In this document: one piece after another, positions 8,266 through 16,655 of the stretch
Numbering within the stretch: the stretch's first letter is position 1
How the letters are laid out: each line of letters begins with the position of its first letter
Assembly (NCBI GenBank): GCA_964603185.1
Contig: CAZRUB010000002.1
Coordinates: forward strand, 1 to 29,791
DNA: 29,791 nt
DNA from: an uncultured Ruminococcus sp.
GTDB taxonomy: Bacteria; Bacillota; Clostridia; CAKSNL01; HGM11501
Reading direction: 5' to 3'
Made by a program: the position numbers and the translations under genes
The notes under the pieces: model-generated
Database searches by the model: none
What the model was told of the DNA's origin: nothing
Seen by the model: only the letters and a program-made list of their open reading frames with translations

Positions 8266-9123
8266 ATGGAAATTTCAAATGCGGACCGCGCGTCGATACT
8301 TGTTCACGCGCTGCCTTATATTCAAGATTATACGGGCAAAATTGTTGTTATAAAATACGGCGGAAACGCCATGGTGAACGATTCGCTCAAGGATTCGGTC
8401 ATGCGCGATATAATTCTTCTTCAGCTTATCGGAGTTAAGGTTGTTTTGATTCACGGCGGCGGTCCGGAGATAACGGGAATGCTTGAAAAAATCGGCAAGG
8501 AAAGCAAATTTTCAAACGGCCTTCGCGTAACCGACGAGGAAACGGTTGAGGTTGTTCAGATGGTGCTTGCCGGCAAGGTTAACAAGAATCTTGTTAATTT
8601 GATAGAGCTTAAGGGCGGAAAGGCAATCGGTCTTTCGGGAATCGACGGGCACATGATAACCGCAAAAATGAAGGATAGGGAGCTGGGCTTCGTCGGCTCC
8701 ATTACGGAGGTTAACGTTCAGCCCATAAGGGATGTGCTGGAAAAGGGCTATATCCCGGTTATATCGACCATAGGATGCGACAACGAGGGTAACGTTTACA
8801 ACATAAATGCGGATACCGCGGCGGCCAAAATAGCGGGAGAGCTTGGCGCCGAAAGCCTTATATCCATGACGGATATATGCGGAATACTTAAGGATAAAAA
8901 TGACGAAGCTACGCTTATTCCGGTTATAAAAACAGCCGAGGCACCGGAGCTTATTCGTTCGGGCGTTATTGCCGGCGGAATGCTTCCGAAGGTGGAGTGC
9001 TGCATAAATGCCATAAAATGGGGCGTTAACAGGGTGTTCATCATCGACGGGCGCATTCCCCATTCCATATTGATAGAAATGCTTACAAACGAAGGTATCG
9101 GAACAATGTTTATTGACGGGTGA
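8266..9123 (+). CDS. argB: Acetylglutamate kinase
   Basis: VVIKYGGNAM, IHGGGPEI, GLRVTD, NINADTAA, GGMLPKV, IIDGRIPHS. Confidence 0.97.
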   Translation: MEISNADRASILVHALPYIQDYTGKIVVIKYGGNAMVNDSLKDSVMRDIILLQLIGVKVVLIHGGGPEITGMLEKIGKESKFSNGLRVTDEETVEVVQMVLAGKVNKNLVNLIELKGGKAIGLSGIDGHMITAKMKDRELGFVGSITEVNVQPIRDVLEKGYIPVISTIGCDNEGNVYNINADTAAAKIAGELGAESLISMTDICGILKDKNDEATLIPVIKTAEAPELIRSGVIAGGMLPKVECCINAIKWGVNRVFIIDGRIPHSILIEMLTNEGIGTMFIDG

Positions 9124-9129
9124 TGACTT

Positions 9130-10293
9130 ATGGATATAATTAAAAACGACGGTGAGTTTATTGCTCACACATATTCGCGCTTTCCGCTTGTTTTGAAAAG
9201 GGGTGAGGGCTCGTATCTTTGGGACGAGGACGGGAAAAAATATATCGACATGGCCTCCGGAATTGCGGTAACCGCCTTCGGCCATGCGGATAAGGAATGG
9301 ATAGGCGCGGTAACGGGTCAGCTTTCACGGCTTGCCCACACCTCCAATCTTTATTACAGTGAGCCCTGCGTGCTTTTGGCAAAGGAGCTTTGCGAAAGAA
9401 CCGAAATGGGAAAGGTTTTCTTCTCGAACTCGGGCGCGGAGGCAAACGAATGCGCGATAAAGGCGGCAAGAAAATATTCCGAGGAGAAAAAGGGTTCGGA
9501 ATATTATAACATTATCACACTTGTAAATAGCTTTCACGGCAGAACCGTAACCACGCTTGCGGCAACGGGGCAGGAGGTTTTCCATAAGGATTTCACACCC
9601 CTTACGGACGGCTTTTTGTACGTGGAGGCAGGCAATATCGGCGAGCTTGAAAAAACGGTTAAGGAAAATAAATGCGCGGCGATAATGTTTGAAACGGTTC
9701 AGGGCGAGGGCGGTGTTATGCCGCTTGATAAAGAATACGTTGCCGCAATGGCGGACATAGCGAGAAAAAACGATATTCTCTTGATATCGGATGAGGTGCA
9801 AACCGGAAACGGACGCACCGGTAAGCTTTACGGTTATATGCATTACGGAATCAAGCCCGATATCGTATCCACCGCAAAGGGCTTGGGCGGCGGACTTCCC
9901 ATAGGTGCAACCATTATGAGCGAGGACGTTGCGTCACACCTTGTTGCGGGCAGTCACGGCTCCACCTTCGGCGGAAATCCCGTGTGCGCGGCGGGTGCCT
10001 TAAGCATATTGAAAAGAATTGACGACGAGCTGCTTTCCTCCGTTGCCGCAAAGGGCGAATATGTGAAAAATGCCCTTTCCGGAGAAAAGGGCATTGTGAG
10101 TGTGTCCGGCTTGGGACTTATGATAGGTATAAAGACCGAGCTTTCGGCGGACGAGGTCGTAAAGCGTTGCCGTGAGGAGGGCGTGCTTGTTATAAAGGCA
10201 AAGGATAAGGTGCGCCTTTTGCCGGCGCTTAACATTCCCTTTGACGTTCTTGAAAGAGCGACCGAGGTTATTAAAAAAGCCTGCGCAAATTAG
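9130..10293 (+). CDS. argD: Acetylornithine aminotransferase (class III PLP-dependent)
   Basis: NSGAEANE, SFHGRT, VQGEGG, DEVQTG, TAKGLGGG (PLP lysine), HGSTFGGNP; last gene of the arg operon. Confidence 0.95.
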   Translation: MDIIKNDGEFIAHTYSRFPLVLKRGEGSYLWDEDGKKYIDMASGIAVTAFGHADKEWIGAVTGQLSRLAHTSNLYYSEPCVLLAKELCERTEMGKVFFSNSGAEANECAIKAARKYSEEKKGSEYYNIITLVNSFHGRTVTTLAATGQEVFHKDFTPLTDGFLYVEAGNIGELEKTVKENKCAAIMFETVQGEGGVMPLDKEYVAAMADIARKNDILLISDEVQTGNGRTGKLYGYMHYGIKPDIVSTAKGLGGGLPIGATIMSEDVASHLVAGSHGSTFGGNPVCAAGALSILKRIDDELLSSVAAKGEYVKNALSGEKGIVSVSGLGLMIGIKTELSADEVVKRCREEGVLVIKAKDKVRLLPALNIPFDVLERATEVIKKACAN

Positions 10294-10928
10294 GGTAAAA
10301 GCTCAAAATGCTTGCCCCTGGAATTTATAATTCCGTCGCGGCGCAGCTCGGATATTGCGCGGGCGAGTGAGCTTCGGTCCAAGCAAAGATAGTCTGAGAG
10401 TTCCGCCTGACTTAAATGAAGCTCAAATGAAGAGGAGCCTTTTGAAATTCTTTCGTTTTCAAGAAACGAAAGAATTTTTTCTTTTGCGTTTTTTTCCTTA
10501 AGAAGCGAAAGCCTGAGGTTTTGTCCCGTTGCCTCGGCACAAAGCATCTTGAAAAGATTGGACAAAACGGTAAAATGATAATAGCAGGCCCTTTCGCACG
10601 GCCGCAAAAGCGCGGAATAATCGAAAAACAAAACCGAGCAGTCCGTTCCCGCATAAATTTTCACACTGTGCCCCTGCGGCGGAAGCGAAAAAAGCTCGCC
10701 GAAGGCGTCACCGCTTTTGATTCGTAGCTTTTCGTAAAGCCGCCCGTGCGAATAATATTGAACGGTTGCCCTGCCGTCCGTCAGCGTTCCCACTTTTAAA
10801 ATGCGCTCCGAATCGCAGGAATAAATCTCCTCGCCCTGCATATAGTATTTTTCCTCGCACCCGATACAGGCCTTTAATTTCGCGAGGTCTGAGCGTGTTA
10901 TACCTGAAAATACCGTGATTTTGGACAT
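10290..10928 (-). CDS. Crp/Fnr family transcriptional regulator
   Basis: cNMP-binding-like domain (GDAFGE), CERACYYH motif, and C-terminal HTH LSQAELSDYLCLDRSSLARAISELRRDGII; GGGGGT RBS. Confidence 0.9.
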   Translation of the reverse strand: MSKITVFSGITRSDLAKLKACIGCEEKYYMQGEEIYSCDSERILKVGTLTDGRATVQYYSHGRLYEKLRIKSGDAFGELFSLPPQGHSVKIYAGTDCSVLFFDYSALLRPCERACYYHFTVLSNLFKMLCAEATGQNLRLSLLKEKNAKEKILSFLENERISKGSSSFELHLSQAELSDYLCLDRSSLARAISELRRDGIINSRGKHFELLP

Positions 10929-10936
10929 TTTGCTAC

Positions 10937-10984
10937 CCCCTATATATAGATAAGCTTGAATTCAAAATATACTACATATTGAAT
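10937..10984. promoter_or_regulatory. Tandem NrdR boxes
   Basis: Cores CTATATATAG (10940-10949) and CTACATATTG (10972-10981) match the NrdR core CwAyATaTwG, are 32 bp apart as is typical for the pair, and are adjacent to nrdDG. Confidence 0.78.
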
Positions 10985-11011
10985 TATATCACAAAAATGT
11001 TGCAAATGCAA
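10983..11011 (-). promoter_or_regulatory. sigmaA promoter of the Crp/Fnr gene
   Basis: Minus strand TTGCAT-17 bp-TATAAT with extended -10 (TGaTATAAT). Confidence 0.72.
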
Positions 11012-11018
11012 CATTTTT
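10993..11018. promoter_or_regulatory. Perfect palindromic operator, probable site of the adjacent Crp/Fnr regulator
   Basis: AAAAATGTTGCA-aa-TGCAACATTTTT (12-bp perfect arms; core TGTTGC-N4-GCAACA). Confidence 0.72.
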
Positions 11019-11021
11019 TGT

Positions 11022-11050
11022 TTTACTTATGGTAAAGCGTGTTATATAAT
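11022..11050 (+). promoter_or_regulatory. sigmaA promoter of nrdDG
   Basis: TTTACT(11022-11027)-17 bp-TATAAT(11045-11050). Confidence 0.65.
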
Positions 11051-11092
11051 AATGAAGCACAAAGCAAAGATATTTATAAGGGGAAATAAAAA

Positions 11093-13276
11093 ATGAAAAT
11101 TATCAAAAGAAACGGCTCCGAGGAGGAGTTTGACAGACTGAAAATAAAAAAGGCCATCGAAGGTGCGAATGAGGCAACCTCCGGCAGCCGTGAGCTGACC
11201 GATCGCCAGATCGATTATATCTCGCTCGTTATCGAGGATTATTGCCGTGATATCGGCAGGGCCATGTCGGTCGAGGAGGTGCAGGAGCTTGTCGAAACCC
11301 ACATTATATTGCAGGGGGCACCGGAAACCGCCAAAAGATATATAAGATACAGATTCACAAGAAACCTTGCACGTGTCGCAAATACAACGGATAACCAGAT
11401 TTTAACGCTGATTGAGTGCAACAACGAGGAGGTTAAGCAGGAAAATTCCAACAAAAACCCCACGGTAAATTCCGTTCAGCGCGATTATATGGCCGGAGAG
11501 GTAAGCAAGGACTTGACCAAGAGAATACTTCTTCCCCACGACGTGGTAGAGGCGCACGAAAGCGGCATAATTCATTTTCACGATGCCGATTATTTTGCGC
11601 AGCATATGCACAATTGCGACCTTGTCAACCTTGAGGACATGCTTCAAAACGGAACGGTAATTTCCGGAACGATGATTGAAAAGCCTCACAGCTTTTCAAC
11701 GGCCTGCAACATCGCAACACAGATTATAGCACAGGTTGCCTCCAACCAATACGGCGGGCAGAGCATAAGCTTAACGCATCTCGCTCCCTTTGTTCAAATT
11801 TCCAGAGAGAAAATAAAAAAGCAAGTTCTTTCCGAGGTTGAGAGCTCCGGTGTGGAGGTTTCGGCCGAAAAGGTAGACGCAATCGTCGAGGCAAGACTGC
11901 TTGATGAAATCAAGCGCGGCGTTCAAACAATACAGTATCAGGTCGTAACGCTTTTGACGACAAACGGTCAGGCGCCCTTTGTAACGGTTTTCATGTATCT
12001 TAACGAGGCGAAGGATCCCATTTTGAAGCATGACCTTGCGCTGATAATAGAAGAGGTGTTAAAGCAAAGGCATAAGGGCGTTAAAAACGAGGCGGGAGTT
12101 TATGTGACGCCGGCCTTCCCGAAGCTTATATATGTGCTTGAGGAGGACAATATCTCCGAGGATTCGCCCTATTGGTATCTTACGGAGCTTGCGGCAAAGT
12201 GCACGGCGAAGCGCATGGTTCCGGATTATATTTCCGAAAAAATCATGTTTGAGCTTAAAAAAGACAAAAACGGAAACGGAAATTGCTATCCCTGCATGGG
12301 CTGCAGAAGCTTCCTTACCACCTATGTGGACGAGAACGGAAAACCGAAATATTACGGCCGCTTCAATCAGGGCGTTGTAACGCTCAACCTGGTGGATGTT
12401 GCCTGCACCGCCTGCAAGGAAACGAAAAACGAGGAGCGGTTCTGGGCTGTTTTGGACGAAAGACTGGAGCTTTGCCACAAGGCCTTAAGATGCCGTCACG
12501 AACGGCTGGAGGGCACACTTTCCGATGCCGCTCCCATACTTTGGCAATACGGCGCCATCGCCCGCCTTCCGAAGGGGAAGCCGATAACGGAGCTTTTGCA
12601 CGGCGGATATTCCACCATTTCGCTGGGCTTTGCCGGCCTTTGGGAATGCGTTTATGAGGTTACCGGCAAAAAGCTTACCGAAAAAGAGGGTGAGGAATTC
12701 GGTCTTCGCGTGCTTGAGAAAATGAACGACGCATGCAGGCGCTGGAAGGCGGAGGAAAACATCGATTATTCCATTTACGGAACGCCCCTCGAATCCACAA
12801 CATATAAATTCGCAAAGTGCCTGCAAAAGCGCTTTGGAAAAATTAAGGGCGTAACGGATAAAAACTATATAACAAATTCATATCATGTTCACGTAACCGA
12901 AAAAATAGACGCCTTTGCCAAGCTTGCGTTGGAGGCAAAATTCCAGGCTCTTTCGCCCGGCGGTGCAATAAGCTATGTGGAGGTACCCAACATGCAGGAT
13001 AACATCCCCGCGGTACTGGAGGTTATGAAGTTTATATACAACAACATCATGTACGCGGAGCTTAACACCAAGTCGGATTATTGCCAGGAATGCGGATATG
13101 ACGGCGAAATTCAAATAAAGGAGGAGGACGGCAAGCTTGTGTGGGAGTGCCCGTCCTGCGGAAACCGCGACCAGGCGAAAATGAACGTTGCAAGAAGAAC
13201 CTGCGGCTATATCGGCTCTCAGTTCTGGAATCAGGGCAGAACGCAGGAAATAAAGGAAAGGGTTCTGCATCTTTAA
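11093..13276 (+). CDS. nrdD: Anaerobic (class III) ribonucleoside-triphosphate reductase with N-terminal ATP cone
   Basis: ATP cone KIIKRNG..FD..KIKKAI, IHFHD, HNCDLV, QYGGQS, CMGCRS, GRFNQGVVTLN, YGTPLES, CxxC..CxxC zinc site, glycyl-radical motif RRTCGYIG. Confidence 0.98.
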   Translation: MKIIKRNGSEEEFDRLKIKKAIEGANEATSGSRELTDRQIDYISLVIEDYCRDIGRAMSVEEVQELVETHIILQGAPETAKRYIRYRFTRNLARVANTTDNQILTLIECNNEEVKQENSNKNPTVNSVQRDYMAGEVSKDLTKRILLPHDVVEAHESGIIHFHDADYFAQHMHNCDLVNLEDMLQNGTVISGTMIEKPHSFSTACNIATQIIAQVASNQYGGQSISLTHLAPFVQISREKIKKQVLSEVESSGVEVSAEKVDAIVEARLLDEIKRGVQTIQYQVVTLLTTNGQAPFVTVFMYLNEAKDPILKHDLALIIEEVLKQRHKGVKNEAGVYVTPAFPKLIYVLEEDNISEDSPYWYLTELAAKCTAKRMVPDYISEKIMFELKKDKNGNGNCYPCMGCRSFLTTYVDENGKPKYYGRFNQGVVTLNLVDVACTACKETKNEERFWAVLDERLELCHKALRCRHERLEGTLSDAAPILWQYGAIARLPKGKPITELLHGGYSTISLGFAGLWECVYEVTGKKLTEKEGEEFGLRVLEKMNDACRRWKAEENIDYSIYGTPLESTTYKFAKCLQKRFGKIKGVTDKNYITNSYHVHVTEKIDAFAKLALEAKFQALSPGGAISYVEVPNMQDNIPAVLEVMKFIYNNIMYAELNTKSDYCQECGYDGEIQIKEEDGKLVWECPSCGNRDQAKMNVARRTCGYIGSQFWNQGRTQEIKERVLHL

Positions 13277-13279
13277 TTT

Positions 13280-13795
13280 ATGAACTATTCAGCAATTAAA
13301 ACTCACGATATCGCAAACGGCTTAGGGGTCAGAGTCAGCCTTTTCGTATCGGGCTGCACACATCACTGCGACGGTTGCTTCAACAAGGAAACGTGGAGCT
13401 TTTCGTCGGGCGAAAGGTTCACCGAGGAAACCGAGGAATATATTTTGTCGTGCTTGGCTCCAAGCTATATAAGGGGGCTTACGCTTCTCGGGGGTGAGCC
13501 CATGGAAGCGGAAAATCAGCGTGCGCTTTTACCCTTTATCGAGCGGATGAAGGCGCGCTTCCCGGAAAAGGACATATGGTGCTATTCGGGCTATACCTTG
13601 GAGGAGCTTACCTACGGCAGGGCGCATTGCGAAGTGACGGACAGGCTTTTGGCGCTTTTCGACGTTTTGGTTGACGGCGAGTTCAAAAAGGAGCTTTATA
13701 ATATAGCCCTTAAATTTAAGGGGTTGTCAAATCAGCGCATTATCGATATGAAGGAAACCGAACGGCAGGGAAAAACCGTGCTGCTGACAACCTGA
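13280..13795 (+). CDS. nrdG: Anaerobic ribonucleotide reductase activating enzyme (radical SAM)
   Basis: DIANGLGVRVSLFVSGCTHHCDGCFN (CxxxCxxC), LLGGEP, DVLVDG, SNQRIID. Confidence 0.97.
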   Translation: MNYSAIKTHDIANGLGVRVSLFVSGCTHHCDGCFNKETWSFSSGERFTEETEEYILSCLAPSYIRGLTLLGGEPMEAENQRALLPFIERMKARFPEKDIWCYSGYTLEELTYGRAHCEVTDRLLALFDVLVDGEFKKELYNIALKFKGLSNQRIIDMKETERQGKTVLLTT

Positions 13796-13806
13796 CACCG
13801 CCTATC

Positions 13807-13842
13807 AAAAAACGCTTCGGATATAAAGCCGAAGCGTTTTTT
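13807..13842 (+). terminator. Intrinsic terminator after nrdG (bidirectional type)
   Basis: AAAAAACGCTTCGG-atataaag-CCGAAGCGTTTTTT. Confidence 0.9.
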
Positions 13843-13852
13843 CGTAAAAATA

Positions 13853-13880
13853 TTTACATTTGAAAAAAAAGTGGTATAAT
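13853..13880 (+). promoter_or_regulatory. sigmaA promoter of the dxs operon
   Basis: TTTACA-16 bp-TATAAT with extended -10 (TGgTATAAT). Confidence 0.75.
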
Positions 13881-14037
13881 ATAGACGGAAAGGTGTGTGC
13901 CTAAAGGCAACACCTACGGCGGCAAAGGGGCATACGCCGACAAGCGCCGCGGCTTATTTTTGCAGTCCTTTAAGCAGTGATGCGATACGAGAAGATAAAT
14001 TGTTTTCGCTTTTTATTTTCGAAAGAGGGAAAAGAAA

Positions 14038-15885
14038 ATGGAAAACACAAAAATATTAAAAGAAAATATTTCGCATAAAGAGCTTGCCGCTCTCCGCACG
14101 GATGAGCTCAGAACGCTTTCCGACGAGATAAGGGCATTTCTGATTTCGAGCGTTTCCAAGACGGGCGGACATTTGGCTTCGAATTTGGGCGTTGTGGAGC
14201 TTACCGTTATGCTTCACCGCTTGTTTGATTTTTCGAAGGATGACAGGCTGATTTTCGATGTGGGGCACCAAAGCTACGTGCACAAAATTTTAACGGGACG
14301 CATGCGGGGCTTCGAATCCCTGCGTATGACGGACGGGCTTTCCGGCTTTCCGAGAAGGGCCGAAAGCAAGGAGGATCTTTTCGATACCGGGCACTCGGGA
14401 ACCTCGCTTTCGCTTGCGGACGGTGTTGCCTCCGCAAAAATGATAAAGGGCGAAGCGGGCATGACGGTTGCCGTTATCGGCGACGGTGCCATGACCGGCG
14501 GTATGTGCTACGAAGCGCTTAACAACATCGGAAACACGAATAAAAACATCCTTATAATTTTAAACGATAACGGAATGTCCATATCTCCGAATGTGGGTGC
14601 GCTTTCGCGCATATTAATGAGGGTGAGGACAAGCCGCGGCTATACGCGGGCGAAAAAGGACGTTAAGGGTGTGCTTTCGGCAATACCCGGAAAGGGCGGC
14701 GCGGCGGAGCGCTTCTTAAGGCACATCCGCGACCGCGTCAAATTCATGGTTTTGCCCGGTGTGTTTTCCGAAAGCTTCGGTATAAAATACCTTGGCCCCA
14801 TAGACGGGCATAACCTTAACCTTTTGGAGGAATACATAAGCCGTGCAAAGGAAATCGGCGGCCCCATTATGCTTCATGTGAAAACGGTCAAGGGCAAGGG
14901 CTATGAGCTTGCGGAAAAGCAGCCGTCGCGTTTTCACGGTATTTCGGCATTTGAAGTGAAAAACGGAGTGACGCACAGCATAAAAAACGATTTTTCCGAT
15001 GCGGCGGGGATGGAGCTTGCGCTTTTGGCGGAAAAGGACAAGCGCCTTGTTGCCGTTTGCCCGGCGATGACGAAAGGCTGCGGGCTTTCCGGCTTTGCCG
15101 CCTGCTATCCTGACAGATTTTTCGATTGCGGAATAGCGGAGGAGCATGCGGTTACCTTTGCCGCGGGGCTTGCCCGCGAGGGCTTTGTTCCCGTTGTTTG
15201 CACCTATTCCACGTTTATGCAGCGCGCTTATGACCAGCTTTGGCATGACGCCGCGCTCAACGGGCTTCATATTGTGTTTATGCTTGACAGGGCGGGGCTT
15301 CCCGGCGCGGACGGAACAACGCACCAGGGAATATACGATTTGTCGTATCTCGGCAATATACCGGGAATGGCGGTTTTATCGCCCTCCTCCTTCGCGGAGC
15401 TTTCCGAAATGATAAATTATGCGGTGACTGTTCACAAGGCGCCGATTGCAATAAGATATCCCAAGGGGCCCGAGCTTCTGAGCGGAAACGAAGGGTTCGC
15501 CTTCGGAAGGGCTGAAATTTTATCCGAGGGGGCGGACATAACGCTTGCGGCGGAGGGAATGATGGCAAAAACCGCGCTTGACGCGGCGGCAAAAAGCGGC
15601 TTCTGTGTTGAAGTGATTGAGCTTTCCACAGTTTACCCCACGGATTTTGAGGCAATCGAAAAATCGGTTAAAAAAACAGGTCGGCTTATAACCTTGGAGG
15701 CAAACGTGAAAAAGGGAGGTATGGGCGAAGGAATCTTCGCGCATTTAAAATGCGACGGCGAAATATTGGCCTTTCCGAATAAATTTATTGAGCACGGAAA
15801 AACGGAGGAGCTTATGGAAAGATACTTACTTACGCCCGAGTGCGTTGCCGAAAAAATAGCCGAGCTTTGCGGAGGTAAAAAATGA
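14038..15885 (+). CDS. dxs: 1-deoxy-D-xylulose-5-phosphate synthase
   Basis: GGHLASNLGVVELT, DVGHQSYVHKILTGR, GDGAMTGG..EALNN (TPP motif), GPIDGHN, TVKGKGY, GIAEEHAV, YSTFMQRAYDQ, DRAG. Confidence 0.97.
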   Translation: MENTKILKENISHKELAALRTDELRTLSDEIRAFLISSVSKTGGHLASNLGVVELTVMLHRLFDFSKDDRLIFDVGHQSYVHKILTGRMRGFESLRMTDGLSGFPRRAESKEDLFDTGHSGTSLSLADGVASAKMIKGEAGMTVAVIGDGAMTGGMCYEALNNIGNTNKNILIILNDNGMSISPNVGALSRILMRVRTSRGYTRAKKDVKGVLSAIPGKGGAAERFLRHIRDRVKFMVLPGVFSESFGIKYLGPIDGHNLNLLEEYISRAKEIGGPIMLHVKTVKGKGYELAEKQPSRFHGISAFEVKNGVTHSIKNDFSDAAGMELALLAEKDKRLVAVCPAMTKGCGLSGFAACYPDRFFDCGIAEEHAVTFAAGLAREGFVPVVCTYSTFMQRAYDQLWHDAALNGLHIVFMLDRAGLPGADGTTHQGIYDLSYLGNIPGMAVLSPSSFAELSEMINYAVTVHKAPIAIRYPKGPELLSGNEGFAFGRAEILSEGADITLAAEGMMAKTALDAAAKSGFCVEVIELSTVYPTDFEAIEKSVKKTGRLITLEANVKKGGMGEGIFAHLKCDGEILAFPNKFIEHGKTEELMERYLLTPECVAEKIAELCGGKK

Positions 15886-16655
15886 GGCTGGACGCATATA
15901 TGGTGAAAAACGGCTTGGCAAGCGGCCGAGACCGCGCAAAGGAGCTTATCGCCTTAGGCTTCGTTACGGTGGACGGCCGTGTAATCACGAAGCCGAGCAT
16001 CGATGTGGAAGAGGATACTGCCGTAAGCGTTGCGGCGGAGGATGATTTTGTCGGCCGCGGGGCCAAAAAGATAAAAAAAGCCTTTGAATGCTTCGATATA
16101 AGTGTTGAAGGAGAAACGTGCCTTGATGCGGGAGCAAGCACCGGCGGCTTCACCGACTATATGCTCCGCCGCGGCGCCGCAAGGGTTTACGCCGTGGATG
16201 TGGGGCACTCTCAGCTTGCTCCCGCCCTTTTGGCGGACGAAAGAGTCATTAACCTTGAGAGGACGGACATAAGAAGCCTTCGGCTTGACGAAAAATGCAC
16301 CTTTTTCACCTGCGATGTTTCCTTTATATCGTTAAAGCAGGTTCTGCCCTCGCTTTACCGTCTTACCGATGAGGGAGCGGAGGGTGTGTGCCTTATAAAG
16401 CCGCAGTTTGAAGCCGGGCGCGGCTTCGTCGGGAAAAAAGGCATTGTAAAGGACAGGAGCGTGCATCTTAGGGTAATAGAGGAAACGGTTGAATTTGCAA
16501 GAAAAACGGGCTTTTTTCCTTCGGGCTTAACATTTTCGCCGGTGACCGGTCAGGGCGGAAATATTGAATTTTTGCTTTATCTCAAAAAGAAACGGGCTTC
16601 CGAAGCGATTAATGCCGAGGATACGGTTAATAATGCATGGGAGGTACTTTTATGA
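15882..16655 (+). CDS. tlyA: TlyA family rRNA 2'-O-methyltransferase (S4 + FtsJ-like domains)
   Basis: MRLD start, LDAGASTGGFTD, YAVDVG, DVSFISL, LIKPQFE, GGNIEFL; ATGA overlap with dxs. Confidence 0.95.
   Translation: MRLDAYMVKNGLASGRDRAKELIALGFVTVDGRVITKPSIDVEEDTAVSVAAEDDFVGRGAKKIKKAFECFDISVEGETCLDAGASTGGFTDYMLRRGAARVYAVDVGHSQLAPALLADERVINLERTDIRSLRLDEKCTFFTCDVSFISLKQVLPSLYRLTDEGAEGVCLIKPQFEAGRGFVGKKGIVKDRSVHLRVIEETVEFARKTGFFPSGLTFSPVTGQGGNIEFLLYLKKKRASEAINAEDTVNNAWEVLL

Noticed and set aside
7244-9285. Minus-strand ORFs 7244-7951 (235 aa) and 8512-9285 (257 aa)
   Set aside because: Antisense to argJ and argB/argD; composition typical of shadow frames.
13844-13857. GTAAA-N4-TTTAC inverted repeat over the dxs -35
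   Set aside because: 5-bp arms in AT-rich DNA are expected by chance.
13897-13980. 27-aa GTG ORF (MPKGNTYGGKGAYADKRRGLFLQSFKQ) as a leader peptide
   Set aside because: SD-like sequence is only 1-3 nt from the GTG and both are buried in a hairpin; kept only as an alternative in the dxs leader finding.
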